From the IMG/VR virus record IMGVR_UViG_3300032030_000030, positions 32,001-96,000 of that record: DNA of 64,000 nucleotides; one strand, 5' to 3'. The translations under genes and the position numbers were made by a program. This document shows, in pieces, positions 1 through 11,500 of this stretch. The notes under the pieces are model-generated. The model was not told the origin of the DNA, did not search any database, and saw only the letters and a list, made by a program, of their open reading frames with translations. Position 1 is the first letter of the stretch. The number at the start of each line of letters is the position of its first letter. Origin of the DNA: a virus (lineage: Duplodnaviria; Caudoviricetes).

Positions 1-1
1 T

Positions 2-3000
2 AAGGAAGAGACGTTTATTTCAAAGATAAACAATGTCAAGAACAAACTTGGTCCAAAGGTATATGAAGACCGTAGAAGACTGGTTTCTGACGATTTCGCC
101 GCACTTGTTACATCGACAGGTGTTTCCAGCCTCAAGGAAGACATGATGAAGGATTTGGAATCACGCAAGAGCGAGATGAATCCTTATGATGTACAATCAG
201 AACTTGCATACATTGACACGATAGGAACAACCGACGCTCTTAATACGTTCGGCAAAGCACATTTCTTTAACGAACTCAAAAGCGAATACGAAAGAAGAAT
301 AAATGTGCTTAACAATATTGCCAATGGTAACCTGTTCCTTAACAATGGCGAGATAGACGAAAATGCTTATAAAGGCATATATTCCTTACTACGTCCTGTA
401 AAATCGAAAGGTGTCTACAAGCATACGGAAACACAAAAGAACTACGCAAAGAAGATGGCTGCAAAATATGAAGCCTTGATTGCACAGGATGTATGGGATG
501 TAATCACCCAGGATTCAATAGAACAAATATCCGAGAAACTCGGTGTGAAGATGAGTCTCAGAGAGGATACGGCAACTAAAATAAACAAGGATGAAATGAA
601 AGATGCAGAAGAAGAAGCATCCGACCTTGGAAAGCCATCGACTGATATGGAAGAAAAAACTGTTGAGTCATGGCAAGAAGAACAGTCTGCCAAGGGCAAG
701 CACTCTTCTCTTACAGTCGAACTCAAACACGAATTGTCAAACATACAAGAATATGACGACAATGGCAAACCTAAAGTAGATGACCTTGGTAATCCTATAT
801 ATATGGACGAAGAGGTTGCATTTGCATTTTTGCAGAGCAGACTTGGACAATGCCTTACTATGGATGAGATGCAAAACGAGTTCGAGGATATGATTCTTTC
901 AAGGAAACAATATACTGGTCTGTTCGACAAAATCAAGAAAGATGAAAATAACAGATGTAAAAACCCGAACCTCAGAGCGGCGTTTTACAGGGCTATGAAA
1001 ACTCAGTACAAGAACATATTTGCCACTAAGCAAGGAAAGGAACAGCGCAGGGTTGGAGATGGCGTTGAATACGTAGACTCGGTTGTAACGTTCCAGATAA
1101 ACAAAGTCATTGCCTATAGGTATATGACTGATTCTGCCATGTCCAACATCGAAAACGGCGACATCCTCAATACTGATTCTTCTATATATGACAAGGACTT
1201 GAAAGTCAAGAAGAAGAACGTAGAATCAGCAATAGAACGTCTTAAAGGAGTAATTGACAGAGTATTAGAGAATGCTTATGGTGTTGATTTAAAGCAGAGT
1301 ACAAGTGCTTTCTGGGCAAAAATAAGCAATTACAGCAGGGAGAATGTCCTTGACGTAATTAACGGAAAGGAAACAATCAAAGTATATGGCAAAGGTAAAA
1401 ACAAGAACACGTTTACAGAGGTGAACGTGGAAGACGAACCGTTCCTTAAAGAAGTTGCAAACATTTACAATGTTGCATACGACACTGTAACTGGTCTTGG
1501 ATTCGAGATAACAAAGAACGATGTACTTGACCTTATCTATACGAAGAAGAATAAATTATTCGGTGACGAAGGTCTTTTTACTATCCTTCTTAATATGCTC
1601 GAAGATAAGTCTTTGTTCAATACAACATCATCTGGCTCTATCAAGATGCCTATGAACAACGAAGACTTCAAAAGGAATATGATTGCAATCGCAAAGACTA
1701 TGAATGCGATAGGCAAAAATGCGATTGAGAAGAGTACAAGGGAAAATGGCAAGGTTGTTATGTCAACAACAAACACTTCCTATGAATCAGAAATGAAAGA
1801 CAACATCAAACAAGATGACGACGAAAAAGCATTGGCTTATATTAACGAAGAGTTCAATCAATACTCTTGGTTTAATATGAAAGGAAATGAAGAGAAACTT
1901 AGGAAGATGGCTCAAAATACGTTTGAGCATTCGTTCACACCAAGACAAAAGACTTTGCTTGGAACAGCATACAGAAATCTATTCTCAGGATTCAAGGATG
2001 CCAATAATCCTTCAAAAAGAATTGCGAAGCCTGGTGAGTTGCTTAATAACCTTAAGGAATTTGTAAGAGTGTATAATCTATGCTGCGAACAATATGCAAG
2101 CGACGGATTTAACAAGGGCGAACTTGAAACCATTATGGGTGGAAGGGTTCCTGCTGTATATACCGAAGACAAGAAATTAAATGCGTTGTTGCGAGAGTTT
2201 GAGAAAAACTCGACATATCGCAAAGGTTTTGATTTGTACACACTCAATCACTTTAACGGCAAGGAATACGATGACTGGTCTTTGGCTGAGTATGCGAGTG
2301 TTATGATGATGAATTACTACAAGGAACGATATACTCTTAAAGATGGATGGACAAAAAATCAATATATAAGCATTGCAAATCCTGTATTGTCAGATTCTCC
2401 TGCTGCTGAGTTCTGGAGAATTAAAAGACGAACAAAAGATGATGTCAATAATCTTGGATTCACACTAACCCAAGAGCAAAAAGATGAATACGCTGCACTT
2501 GTATATGGTACAAAGGCAGATGGAAAGCCTTACAGGTTTGCCGACCTTACTGAAAATCAGGGTGGAAGTCTTGTTGCAATGCTTGAAATGACAAACATTG
2601 TTCAACAGGAGATAAACCGTATTGGCAATGTGCTTCAAAGAGATGCTATGCGCACAAAAGCCAAGGAACAATACAAGAAAGGCAACGGCGCACTTCAGAA
2701 GGCGGAGAAGGAACGCTTCGAGGCTGAGATGACTGAATATATGCGCCTCAAGAAAAGTATAGAGGAAAGTTCGCTCTCTCCAGAGGAAAAAGCAAATGAA
2801 CTTGCAGCCATTGAAGAAGCAAGAAAACCACAGCCTATGAAAGTGTACAAGTCTGTAAAAGAAGAAGTTGACGAAAACGGCAATCTTTTATGGACTGAAC
2901 CAGATGCTTATTATGACATAACAAGAAAGAGTGATGGTAGCATCAAGAATATCGGCGGTGCTGAGTTTAAGTTCTTCCCTGCGTTGAACGACGTAAAGAT

Positions 3001-6000
3001 TACCGTTGGAGATACGCAGATGAGTTTCTTAAAGTACATAACTGATTTAATCAGCAGCGACGGTAATATCGACCTTAGCAATCCAACAGAAGGAAAACCT
3101 GACATCAGGGACGTAGTATTCAGGGAGATTGTCAAGATACAGAAAAGTGGATTCGAGGAGGCTTATTCAAAATGGATTCAAAACGGTGTGTTTGATACTG
3201 AGTTTGATTACAAGACAAAGACTACAAATTTCAAACATTTTGAAGCCAACGTTCCATTCCAAACAAAGGCTGATGAAATCGACGCAAAATACTTGAAAGA
3301 GTCTGGCAATTCAAGTATACTTATGCAGACATACAATCGTACACTCAAAGATGAAAAAGGCAACAAACTTCAAGGTGATGCACTTGCAAAAGCCATAAAC
3401 GACAACATTGACTTGTTTAAGAGCAATTCACACACTGATGAGGAGTTTGAAAAATTGTTTGAATCAGCGAAGAAAGACGCACTTGCTACTAATGGTTCAT
3501 TCAACAAGTTGTACAACTTAATGAAGGAACATTTCAAGGAGATTGCAGACAAGGAAAAGAGCGAAAACGTAAACCAACTTTCCGATGCTACAAAAGAGAT
3601 TCTTATGGAATATTACAATCAGTCTTGTCTTGGCACTGCCCTTATAGAGGAGTTGACCATTACAGACCTTGCATACTATAAGAATCCAAACGACTTCCAA
3701 AAACGTTACAAAGAAGTTTATGCTCCGTCAGAAAGGCTTTGTACTGATGTACCATTTGGCAAGGAGATTGAAACGTCACTGTATATCAAAGACGTTGAAA
3801 TGGCATCTCCTGATGAAATGATTGAAAACATCAAGAAGATATTGAAAGCCGCTGGTATGAAGGCATCTGAAATAAATGACATTGCCAGCAGTTTCAAAAG
3901 GAATAATGTTGTAGATGCGCAGGCATACAGAAGTCCAAAGGCTTACAGGGCTGTAAAGGCAATGGCTGGCGATTTAAGCATTGAAGAAAAGGTTGTTCTG
4001 TCAAGAATAATCGGAGACCTCGATTATGTCGTAGCAAACGTCCTTACTGAGGAAGAATTGGAAGAATGTAAAGAAAAAGGCATCTCTCTCGAAAGTTACC
4101 CAAAAATAACAAAAGACTCTTCCGAAGCAGACAGGAAGAAGTTTAAGGACATGATTGCAAAGGATTCTATGCACGTATTCCAGACCATCAAACCGTTCAC
4201 ATATGCACAAATTGGCATGGATAGCGGCGTTGAATCGTATGGTAATATAAAAATAGGAACACAGCATAAAAACTCCGAATTTGCCTTATTTTGGGCTACT
4301 GAGATAGGAAGACACTATGCTGACATTCTTGGTCTTGCCGAGGATAACAATATCAAGAAACTTGTATCTCTTGGTGAGTTCATGGATGAACACGACATTG
4401 ATTTAGTTCAGTTCCATTCTGCTGTCAAGGTAGGATGTTACGGTGTTGTTGACACGGAAGGTTATCAGGAAGGAGACGACTTCAAGAAATATCTTGAAAG
4501 GCAGGTGTATAAATATGACGAAAGTACAGGTTTTGTAGATTACAAGCAGGAATTGCCTGGTATAATCAAGCGAATCCCGTACAAGAATTACGGAATACAG
4601 GCTTCTACGCCCGAACACTTGATTGACATAGAACAATTGGTCGGTTCACAGATTAGAAGGCTTATTTTGGCTGATAACAACGCAAAAACTCCATTCTACA
4701 TAAACGGCAAGGAATACACAAGGCAACAGCTTATTGACCATTACAATGCTCTCATAACAGAGAACATCATCGAATCATTGTCTGACCTTGACGAAATGTT
4801 TTCATCACCTGAGAACATCGAGGAGCTGTTACTCAAAGAAATGCAAGGTAACAGCCAATATACATCTGATATGATGAAGGCGGCAAGACTTGTAACTCTT
4901 GAAGATGGCAGAAAGGTATTCCCACTTCTTTGCGACCCTGTCGTATCAAAGAAGATTGAGGCATTGCTTAACTCCATAATTAAGAACAGGATAACAAAGC
5001 AAAAAATCAAAGGTGGTGCTTGTATTCAGGTATCTTGTTTTGGATGCGAGGATTTAAAGGTAACGTGGTCTGAACCTGACGAGAACGGAGTAAGACATCC
5101 ATTGGAGATGGAATGTTATATGGGCGCATACTCAAAAGACTTGTTTGAGCCTGCAATGGACAAAAACGGCATCCTTGACTTGAATGTCCTCAAAAACAAT
5201 GTTGACAAAAAGACATTTGATGCGATTACTCACGCCATCGGCTATCGTGTGCCTACTGAGGACAAGTATTCTATGGCAAGATTAAAAATCAAAGGTTTTC
5301 TGCCACCGATAAACGGCTCTGCCATAATGCTTCCAAAGGAAATCACCACATTGTCTGGTTCTGACTTCGACGTTGACAAGATGTATCTTATGCTTCATGA
5401 GTTTAAGAAGACAAAGAGGGCAAGATTCAAGAACCTTGGCGGCACTACAGCATTTGTAAATAAAATCAACAGCTTGTTTGCCGACAAGGAAGCACTTGCC
5501 TTTATGAAGGAGAACGGTCTTGCAAAAGGAATGGAGATTGATGACGTAATAAAGTTATTCGACACTATTGGCAAGTCAATAGAAGAATACAGACAAACAG
5601 AACAGCAGAAAGGTAGCAGGTTGAGTGAATGGATAAAAAAGAAGAATGGCAAAGACGCCTTTACTAAGTTTATGAACTATTCAAGCGACATAATGACTTG
5701 GGCTAAGAAAAACAGTGAGAAGGTAAAGAATGGCAAAGTAAATGCAATTGCAAAAGAACTTTCTGACTTTATAGACAAGTCGTCGGGAATAGAAGTTGTA
5801 AACACGGTCAAGGTGATAAATTATCGTAATACAAAAGAAGAGTTCAATGGCGAAGACGCACTTGAACAGAAGCTGTATTACGCCAAGGAAGCAAGAGAGA
5901 ACAACAGGGCTGCAAGGAATAATGAAATAATAGATGTTATGCAAGGCATAATGTCTCACCCAGATACTGCATCGAAGTTCTTAAATCCTGGCTCATTTGA

Positions 6001-8542
6001 CATACAGAAGAAAACTGCACGTATGATAGAAATCATTACAGGTAATGATGAAGAGACATTGAAAACTACATTCAATGTCAACAACATTAACAAACTGTAT
6101 GATGTTATGAGCAAAATGTCATTGGATGACCTTGAGGATGTCGCAAAGAAATTGAGAGGAAGAATTAATCCTTTGTCGCCATATACACAAGTTTACTTCC
6201 ATAATCAGAATGAAATTGGCGGTAAACTTATTGGTGCGTATGCAAATCATAACGCAGCACACGCAGCGGCACAATACTTCAATCTTAATATATCACAAAG
6301 AGGACAGTTCCTCTTTAATGGCAAGATAAAGACTTCTTTGCACGATACAGACCCAAGAATATCCAAGAACAACGCAGGATTCCTTGCTGCATCTGTGGAC
6401 AACGTAAAAGACCCTGTATTGTATTGGTTGAACCAAAACCTTTATACGGCTGACGTGTCTATGTTGCTTGCAAGGGCTGGATATTCAGCAGATGAAATCG
6501 GATTGCTTATGAATCAGCCAGTCATAAAGAAAGCGACAGATAACTTCGCAAATGGCTCTTATGGCAGCAAAGACAGGATATTTGGCAATGCTGTAAAAGA
6601 ATATTTTAATCTTGATTTAGAAGTAGGGAATGTTCTAAAGGTACTTAGAGAAACCTACGCTAAAAAAATGGATGAAATATTCAATAGGAAGACAAGCCGT
6701 GAAAAAAGTGGAATTGATGTAACAACAGCTGACTTGGTAAGCGAAATTGTCAATCCGACATCTGATGGTCAAAAAAAGATTGCAATGTTGTTCTTAAAAC
6801 TGCTTGAAACAGGACAGGAACTTAGCGATTTTACACAGGCTACCAAATTTGACACGCAGAATGGTGCGGCGAAGGCTTCCATTGCAGGCGACATAATCAA
6901 GTTGAACAAACTTGATGAAATAAAAACTTTACGCAGTGACAAAAGGCTTATTACATTTGACGAGAAATTGCTTGGAACTAAATTTACCCAAGGCAGAATA
7001 ATGGACAATGATGCTCTTATAAAGCAAATATACAGTAGTCCTTATCCGATGCTTACAGCATTTGGCGTTGCAGGCGTTTTGTCTACCGAAACATACATCG
7101 GAGACATATTCCCGTTCTTCAAGGGCAGATTAAGAGATATGTTCAAACAGTTTGAAACAATCAAAGGCTCTACGCTTACAGAGGATGAAATGTCTTCCAT
7201 CATGGAAGAGTTCTTGAACTTCTGGATGTCTGACATTCCAGATTTCGGAAGGAACAGCGATACAAGTCATCTCAGTCCTACTGACAAACGTAAAGTTTAT
7301 TTTGAGTTCTTCATAGACAACTTTTATATGAAGAAGGCTGAAAATAAGCGCATAAGGGAAAATGAGTTCATTAAGAGGTTGCAAGTCAAATATGTTGACA
7401 CGACAACAAACCAGAATGTAAACCCTGAGAATGTCAAGGAAGAGGATATAAAAAGTGGCAGATACGTGAGAATCCTTTGTATGCCAAATATAGGTTCTTT
7501 CGATAAAGATACAAAGCAAATGCTTTCAACTGAATGGGAGAAACTTTATTATAGCAACAAGAATGACGAACGCAAACTCGCTGTTGACTTACTGAGGTAT
7601 TCGTATTATAGAAATGGTCTTGGTTTTGCACCAGACTCATTCGGACATCTTGCTCCGTTATTCAGGACAGAACTTCCTGGATATATGGAAAGAATGGCAC
7701 AATTGCAAGACGATGAAAATATAACCGATGAACTCGTAGATAGATTTATGGAACAATATCTCAGGAATCATCCTACGAGCAAGATACTTGGGAATATCAA
7801 GGCGAAAGATGCGTATCCATTGTTTAAGTGGTCAGAGGAAGTAACAAACGAACTCTTGAGAGGAAAGTCATCGGTCAGAGTAACGTATGTATCACAAAAT
7901 AAAAAAGACCCAAACAGAAGATATGTCAACTACTTGCCAGATGTATTCTACGTAGGAAGTTATCTTATGCCAGGAGACATAAAAGGTGCAGAACCATTTG
8001 CCCTTATAACAGGCAAGGACGAGATGTTGAAACAATACATAAAAATTGACAATGTTATGTACAAACTCAATGAAGTAAATACACATTCGTTCTACGAAAA
8101 GATGAATGGTCTTGGCATTGCAAATGAAACGGATGGCGCACAGTTCCTTGAATACGATGCAAACACAAGCACCTTGTTGTCAGCCTTCGACATAAATGAC
8201 ACTTCGGCTTATGGACAGAGAAAGAATAACTACAAGAAGAGTTATACTGACTTTAAGTTGCTTGAAAACGATATGAGGGACGATTCGTTGCTGAGTATAT
8301 TGTTTGACAGCAAATACAACCAAGGATATGAAGCTTACAATACTGGTAACGAGGCTTCGACATTCCAAAAGTACATCGACGTCTACACCGACAGCATTGA
8401 ATATGCAAAGGACAACGATAAAACAAGCATTACTTATTCAAAGACCAGGTTTAAGGATGCACAAATAAATGAAGACTTAGATACGATAATAAGCAACATA
8501 CGTAAAGCGAATGACACAATAGAAGGAGTATGTAACGGATAA
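2..8542 (+). CDS. Giant virion-packaged DNA-dependent RNA polymerase (crAss-like, two-barrel); 5'-truncated by window
   Basis: Catalytic loop GSDFDVDKMYL (DFDVD at ~5363-5377) plus YRVPTEDKYSM and NVVDAQAYRSP motifs. Frame is open from position 2, so ATG 143 is probably internal. Confidence 0.92.
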   Translation, partial: KEETFISKINNVKNKLGPKVYEDRRRLVSDDFAALVTSTGVSSLKEDMMKDLESRKSEMNPYDVQSELAYIDTIGTTDALNTFGKAHFFNELKSEYERRINVLNNIANGNLFLNNGEIDENAYKGIYSLLRPVKSKGVYKHTETQKNYAKKMAAKYEALIAQDVWDVITQDSIEQISEKLGVKMSLREDTATKINKDEMKDAEEEASDLGKPSTDMEEKTVESWQEEQSAKGKHSSLTVELKHELSNIQEYDDNGKPKVDDLGNPIYMDEEVAFAFLQSRLGQCLTMDEMQNEFEDMILSRKQYTGLFDKIKKDENNRCKNPNLRAAFYRAMKTQYKNIFATKQGKEQRRVGDGVEYVDSVVTFQINKVIAYRYMTDSAMSNIENGDILNTDSSIYDKDLKVKKKNVESAIERLKGVIDRVLENAYGVDLKQSTSAFWAKISNYSRENVLDVINGKETIKVYGKGKNKNTFTEVNVEDEPFLKEVANIYNVAYDTVTGLGFEITKNDVLDLIYTKKNKLFGDEGLFTILLNMLEDKSLFNTTSSGSIKMPMNNEDFKRNMIAIAKTMNAIGKNAIEKSTRENGKVVMSTTNTSYESEMKDNIKQDDDEKALAYINEEFNQYSWFNMKGNEEKLRKMAQNTFEHSFTPRQKTLLGTAYRNLFSGFKDANNPSKRIAKPGELLNNLKEFVRVYNLCCEQYASDGFNKGELETIMGGRVPAVYTEDKKLNALLREFEKNSTYRKGFDLYTLNHFNGKEYDDWSLAEYASVMMMNYYKERYTLKDGWTKNQYISIANPVLSDSPAAEFWRIKRRTKDDVNNLGFTLTQEQKDEYAALVYGTKADGKPYRFADLTENQGGSLVAMLEMTNIVQQEINRIGNVLQRDAMRTKAKEQYKKGNGALQKAEKERFEAEMTEYMRLKKSIEESSLSPEEKANELAAIEEARKPQPMKVYKSVKEEVDENGNLLWTEPDAYYDITRKSDGSIKNIGGAEFKFFPALNDVKITVGDTQMSFLKYITDLISSDGNIDLSNPTEGKPDIRDVVFREIVKIQKSGFEEAYSKWIQNGVFDTEFDYKTKTTNFKHFEANVPFQTKADEIDAKYLKESGNSSILMQTYNRTLKDEKGNKLQGDALAKAINDNIDLFKSNSHTDEEFEKLFESAKKDALATNGSFNKLYNLMKEHFKEIADKEKSENVNQLSDATKEILMEYYNQSCLGTALIEELTITDLAYYKNPNDFQKRYKEVYAPSERLCTDVPFGKEIETSLYIKDVEMASPDEMIENIKKILKAAGMKASEINDIASSFKRNNVVDAQAYRSPKAYRAVKAMAGDLSIEEKVVLSRIIGDLDYVVANVLTEEELEECKEKGISLESYPKITKDSSEADRKKFKDMIAKDSMHVFQTIKPFTYAQIGMDSGVESYGNIKIGTQHKNSEFALFWATEIGRHYADILGLAEDNNIKKLVSLGEFMDEHDIDLVQFHSAVKVGCYGVVDTEGYQEGDDFKKYLERQVYKYDESTGFVDYKQELPGIIKRIPYKNYGIQASTPEHLIDIEQLVGSQIRRLILADNNAKTPFYINGKEYTRQQLIDHYNALITENIIESLSDLDEMFSSPENIEELLLKEMQGNSQYTSDMMKAARLVTLEDGRKVFPLLCDPVVSKKIEALLNSIIKNRITKQKIKGGACIQVSCFGCEDLKVTWSEPDENGVRHPLEMECYMGAYSKDLFEPAMDKNGILDLNVLKNNVDKKTFDAITHAIGYRVPTEDKYSMARLKIKGFLPPINGSAIMLPKEITTLSGSDFDVDKMYLMLHEFKKTKRARFKNLGGTTAFVNKINSLFADKEALAFMKENGLAKGMEIDDVIKLFDTIGKSIEEYRQTEQQKGSRLSEWIKKKNGKDAFTKFMNYSSDIMTWAKKNSEKVKNGKVNAIAKELSDFIDKSSGIEVVNTVKVINYRNTKEEFNGEDALEQKLYYAKEARENNRAARNNEIIDVMQGIMSHPDTASKFLNPGSFDIQKKTARMIEIITGNDEETLKTTFNVNNINKLYDVMSKMSLDDLEDVAKKLRGRINPLSPYTQVYFHNQNEIGGKLIGAYANHNAAHAAAQYFNLNISQRGQFLFNGKIKTSLHDTDPRISKNNAGFLAASVDNVKDPVLYWLNQNLYTADVSMLLARAGYSADEIGLLMNQPVIKKATDNFANGSYGSKDRIFGNAVKEYFNLDLEVGNVLKVLRETYAKKMDEIFNRKTSREKSGIDVTTADLVSEIVNPTSDGQKKIAMLFLKLLETGQELSDFTQATKFDTQNGAAKASIAGDIIKLNKLDEIKTLRSDKRLITFDEKLLGTKFTQGRIMDNDALIKQIYSSPYPMLTAFGVAGVLSTETYIGDIFPFFKGRLRDMFKQFETIKGSTLTEDEMSSIMEEFLNFWMSDIPDFGRNSDTSHLSPTDKRKVYFEFFIDNFYMKKAENKRIRENEFIKRLQVKYVDTTTNQNVNPENVKEEDIKSGRYVRILCMPNIGSFDKDTKQMLSTEWEKLYYSNKNDERKLAVDLLRYSYYRNGLGFAPDSFGHLAPLFRTELPGYMERMAQLQDDENITDELVDRFMEQYLRNHPTSKILGNIKAKDAYPLFKWSEEVTNELLRGKSSVRVTYVSQNKKDPNRRYVNYLPDVFYVGSYLMPGDIKGAEPFALITGKDEMLKQYIKIDNVMYKLNEVNTHSFYEKMNGLGIANETDGAQFLEYDANTSTLLSAFDINDTSAYGQRKNNYKKSYTDFKLLENDMRDDSLLSILFDSKYNQGYEAYNTGNEASTFQKYIDVYTDSIEYAKDNDKTSITYSKTRFKDAQINEDLDTIISNIRKANDTIEGVCNG

Positions 8543-8553
8543 AATACAAAGAA

Positions 8554-11500
8554 ATGGGAGCAAGTTGCAGCATAGACCTTTATATTAAAAACGATAAAGG
8601 CGAAGAGACAAAATCTCAGTTGTACAGTGATTTAAGAAATTTCACTACAACACAACGTGAAGCAAATAAGTTTTACAATGGCATAATGTCTTTAAAAGGA
8701 GAAGAATTGTGGGAACGCCTTCAAAAAGATTCTAATGGCGAACCCACAATCCAATCCTTAATTAGACATGGGCTTGGGAACCTTGTATCTGGAATCCCAG
8801 AGAACGTACTAAAAAGGAAGTATGGCTTCCTTGCGAGAGATGGAGGTGTAAGACGAGTACAACCTGGAACTAATACAGAAGCATTGAAGATGATAGAAAA
8901 TGTCATTGCATTTAACAATGACCCAGTAAACGAAGGTTTTATGGCAAAAATTAGAACACGCTGGGACAAAGGTGATATGTATGTTGACATTCAGCCTACA
9001 TACAAATACGATGACAATAAGATAGACTTGATAGCAAAGAAAAAAATTGAAGCATACAAGCAAATTCAAGACGCAATCCTTGCTACTGGCAAGTATATAC
9101 CTATTATAAGAGCGATTGGAGAAGCGGTTACTTCCAATGTTAAATTAGTGTCGAATACAAGTTTCGACCCGTCACTCACTATGAAAGCATTCCTTGCATC
9201 AATGGATTTAATCAATGGTCACAGATTTGGGTTCTCAAATGTATTCGACATCCTTAAAGTGTCACAAAATGACTTGGATAGCTATTTGACACCAATTGTC
9301 GATGCCATTACAGAGTATTATACTCATCCAGCAACAATAGATAGTTTCTCACAGAATATCTTTGGGTATCTTGCCGAATCGTTTGCTTCCGAATTTAATG
9401 ATTCATTGCATATTGGAGACAATGCTATAATAGCAGAGAATGAGTTTGAAACACAAACAGACAAGGAAAGCGGTGTAACTAAGGCTACTAATGCCACTAC
9501 GAGTAAAATGATTAAGAGATTGCTTACAATGGCATTACAAGGTAAAAAGAGTGGTGTTAGTTATGTTGACACACTCATAAGCCAAATGCTTGAAGATGTT
9601 ACTAAGCAGATACGTTCAAGTTCTATTGTAGATAGCACAACAGGTAAGTTTGCTGATAGCCTTATGGATATGACCAAGAACAATTCGTTTGTACCTCTTG
9701 AATCAGAAATAATCAAGGGAACATTTGACAAGGAACAAGACAAGAAGGATTCAGTCATATTGGACAAGGCGATAACTAACGCAACAGACCAAATCAAAAG
9801 TCTATCTCACTATACGGTAGAATTGAATAAGATTTTCAATGGAATACTTGATGCCGAATATAGGAGAAGAAGTATTTTTAGGGAGAAGAAAGGTCTTAGT
9901 GAAGTACATAGGAATCTTATTGAGGTTGACCTTGAAAGAATGGATAGAGTCCTTAAGAGACTTTCAAGAGCAAGGCGTTCTCAGAAATTCTCACTTGGTA
10001 TATTCGAGTATATTAAAGAAATTGGAGAAAGAGCAAAGGATTACAATGAGTTGGTAAGGGAAATGAACAAGGAAGACTTTTCCATTAAGAAGAAAGCATC
10101 TATTCTTAGGGATTTGTTTGATTTTATCAATATGTACGATAATACTTCCAAGGGTATCAGGCAGTTGATACTCGATGGTGGTACTTTTGCAGAAGAGGTG
10201 ATTGAATCCTCTCTTAAAGACATAGAATATGTGTTCAATGTACCTCTAAAAGGAGTGGAGTATGAGAAGATGAAAGATAGTGATGATGAGAAAATAAGAA
10301 ATCTTATCACATTGAAGCGAAATATGAACACTTGGTCTGACTCTGAGAAGATAAAGCACATTGACGAGATATACGAAAATGCCAAGACATATTTGGAATG
10401 GGCTATCGAAAACTCAAAGCAATATAGCGAAGACACAAAAGACCAGAAACTTGAAAAGATGAATGAACTCATTGGTATTCTCGATGTTGCGAAAGAGTAT
10501 CTTACTATGGCACAAAAGGATAGTCTTAGGGAAAAGCAAGAAACTGTTGCATCCAGTCTTGACGCATACGATGGTATAGTTCGTAGTCTTGAAGCAAGTT
10601 TTAGGAATATGGCAAAACCTATGATTGTAAAGTTCCTTGAAACATATATGGATGACAAACAAAAGGTTGTTAAATTTGGCGAGTATCTTGGCTTTAAGAA
10701 AGGAGAGACTGTTTCGGTTGAAAAATTGCTCACAACAATCACTTCTGATATTAATGCTTATCAGCGTTGGTTTTCGTCATTGACGAATGCCCCAGACCTT
10801 ATTCTTAACCTTATAAGCGAATCTATCAAGAGAGAAAAGTTCCTTGCTCAGCAAGAGTTCAAAAACTTTACTGACGATGTAAGACGCGAGGCTATCTTGC
10901 TTGAAGAAGCAGGAATTGAGAATACCGATTGGATGTTTGAACTTGATGAGAATGGCAACAGAACAGGATATTATGTACGTTCCGAATATGAGAAAACAGT
11001 ATTTGATGAATGTATGAAGGATAAGTTTGTTAGAAAAACGTTGAAATTGCTTCCTGGTGAAACATATAATCCTGCAAATTATATAGGTACTGAAAATGAA
11101 GGCTTAGTTGAGTGGTTTACGAAGTATTACAATAACAGGCTTGCGTATCACGAAGCAATGGGTGTTGTGGAGAACAAACAATACAGGGATATAATGTCAA
11201 ATCCTGCAAAAAAAAGATTCTATGAGTTCTTTATGAACAACTATGAAAGACTACAAAATATGTATCCTCCACGAGTTGTTCAAAAGAGCAGGATAATAGG
11301 AATCAAAATGAGTGAAAAGGAACGTATGAGAGAAGCAAATGGCATCAAGGGTCTTGTAAAAGGTGCTTGGAATGGTTTTGTAGATAGTATTACAACAACC
11401 TACGACGAAGATATGGCTACAATGCGCGTGGACCCAGCAGGACATGAAATAAAGATGCTTCCAATATATTTCTGCAACTTTAAAGACGAGGATATTCCTA